From Nitrososphaerales archaeon (GTDB lineage Archaea; Thermoproteota; Nitrososphaeria; Nitrososphaerales; JACPRH01): a DNA stretch of 64,000 bases. Positions 63,491 to 64,000 of this stretch are shown here, piece after piece; within the stretch, counting starts at the first letter, position 1, and each line of letters begins with the position of its first letter. The notes under the pieces are model-generated. The model saw only the letters and a list, made by a program, of their open reading frames with translations. It was not told where the DNA came from and did no database searches. Position numbers and translations under genes: made by a program. The stretch lies in assembly GCA_030745655.1 (NCBI GenBank), contig JASLOE010000003.1:4165-68164 (forward strand), in the 5' to 3' direction.

Positions 63491-64000
63491 GTTTTTTTAT
63501 CTTTAAAGTGTAGTATGCACAGTGATTTTTGATATTACACATTATACATCTGGGACTAATTGGTTTGCATATGGTCTTGCCAAATCGGACAAATAGATCA
63601 TTAAGATTCAACCAATTTTTTTTATCGATTATCTTTGTTAGTCTAGCTTCTGTTTCGTCTGGATTTTTAGTTTGGACTAGGTTTAAGCGGTTTGATATAC
63701 GGTGAACATGTGTATCAACAGGTATGGCAGGTATTTTGAAACCGTATACAAGCACACAATTTGCTGTTTTTCGACCTACTGAAGGTAATGTCAAAAGTTT
63801 TTCCATATCATTTGGTACTTTACCGTTAAATTCATCAAGTATCAACCGTGATACTTCCTTCAGGCGTTTAGCTTTTACCCTATAGAATCCTGTTGGACGG
63901 ATAATCTTCTGAACTTCTCCTTCATTGGCTGAAGCAAGGTCTGTAGGTGTACTGAATCTTACAAAAAGTTGTTCTGCAGCTTTTGAAGTTATTTCATCTT
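63447..64000 (-). CDS. nth: Endonuclease III (Nth), 5' end beyond the window
   Basis: HhH-GPD motif LLTLPSVGRKTANCVL, VDTHVHRISNRL and the C-terminal 4Fe-4S cluster CKPISPRCIMCNIKNHC. The frame stays open to position 64000. Confidence 0.9.
   Translation of the reverse strand, partial: DEITSKAAEQLFVRFSTPTDLASANEGEVQKIIRPTGFYRVKAKRLKEVSRLILDEFNGKVPNDMEKLLTLPSVGRKTANCVLVYGFKIPAIPVDTHVHRISNRLNLVQTKNPDETEARLTKIIDKKNWLNLNDLFVRFGKTICKPISPRCIMCNIKNHCAYYTLKIKKLSNAKPSEALKHSS

Noticed and set aside
1-64000. CRISPR arrays, rRNA genes, transposases or integrases, inteins in mcm, rfcS, cdc48 or rtcB, and toxin-antitoxin or recognisable defence cassettes
   Set aside because: No regularly spaced repeats and no long structured GC-richer non-coding stretch were seen. 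Lengths of the usual intein hosts are normal. Apart from the disrupted BglII-like ORF, no defence-type domains were recognised.

Overview
AT-rich, gene-dense archaeal chromosomal segment. Lineage markers are archaeal-only r-proteins (L15e, S3Ae, S4e, L32e, L19e), aEF-1beta, KEOPS, MCM/GINS, RtcB and tRNA introns with bulge-helix-bulge boundaries; I cannot place it below domain level from sequence alone. Nearly all of it is information-processing housekeeping. (i) The large ribosomal-protein cluster L3-L4-L23-L2-S19-L22-S3-L29-Rpp29-S17-L14-L24-S4e-L5-S14-S8-L6-L32e-L19e-L18-S5-L30-L15-SecY-Adk-DUF106-Cmk-Cbf5 spans 44.3-60.5 kb. (ii) Replication and repair genes: FEN1, RecJ/GAN, RFC small subunit, a GINS-MCM operon, Hel308 and Nth. 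(iii) KEOPS genes Pcc1, Kae1 and Bud32. (iv) SerRS, HisRS and a CysRS-family ligase. (v) A nadC-nadX-nadA operon facing a NadK-wHTH fusion. (vi) CDC48, RtcB, AOR, MptA, a ZIP transporter and others. Four tRNA genes are present. By hand folding, two are multi-intron genes: tRNA-Ser(GGA) with 2 introns and tRNA-Ile(GAU) with 3. The only clearly accessory DNA is a 1.3-kb island at 42.07-43.39 kb. It is bounded by a perfect 14-bp direct repeat and carries an amber-disrupted BglII-like nuclease ORF plus two paralogous C2HC mini-ORFs. The best candidates for something undescribed are: a short CysRS-family ligase with a Cys-to-Asp change in the WHIEC motif, stop/start-coupled to a GNAT (MshC/MshD-like logic); the NadK-wHTH fusion next to the NAD operon; a stand-alone voltage-sensor domain protein; and two genes (the CysRS-family gene and rpl5) whose conserved N-termini lie upstream of any canonical start codon and directly after an in-frame TAG. 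No CRISPR array, rRNA, integrase or transposase was seen. All calls rest on reading the supplied translations and the DNA by eye; no database search was run.
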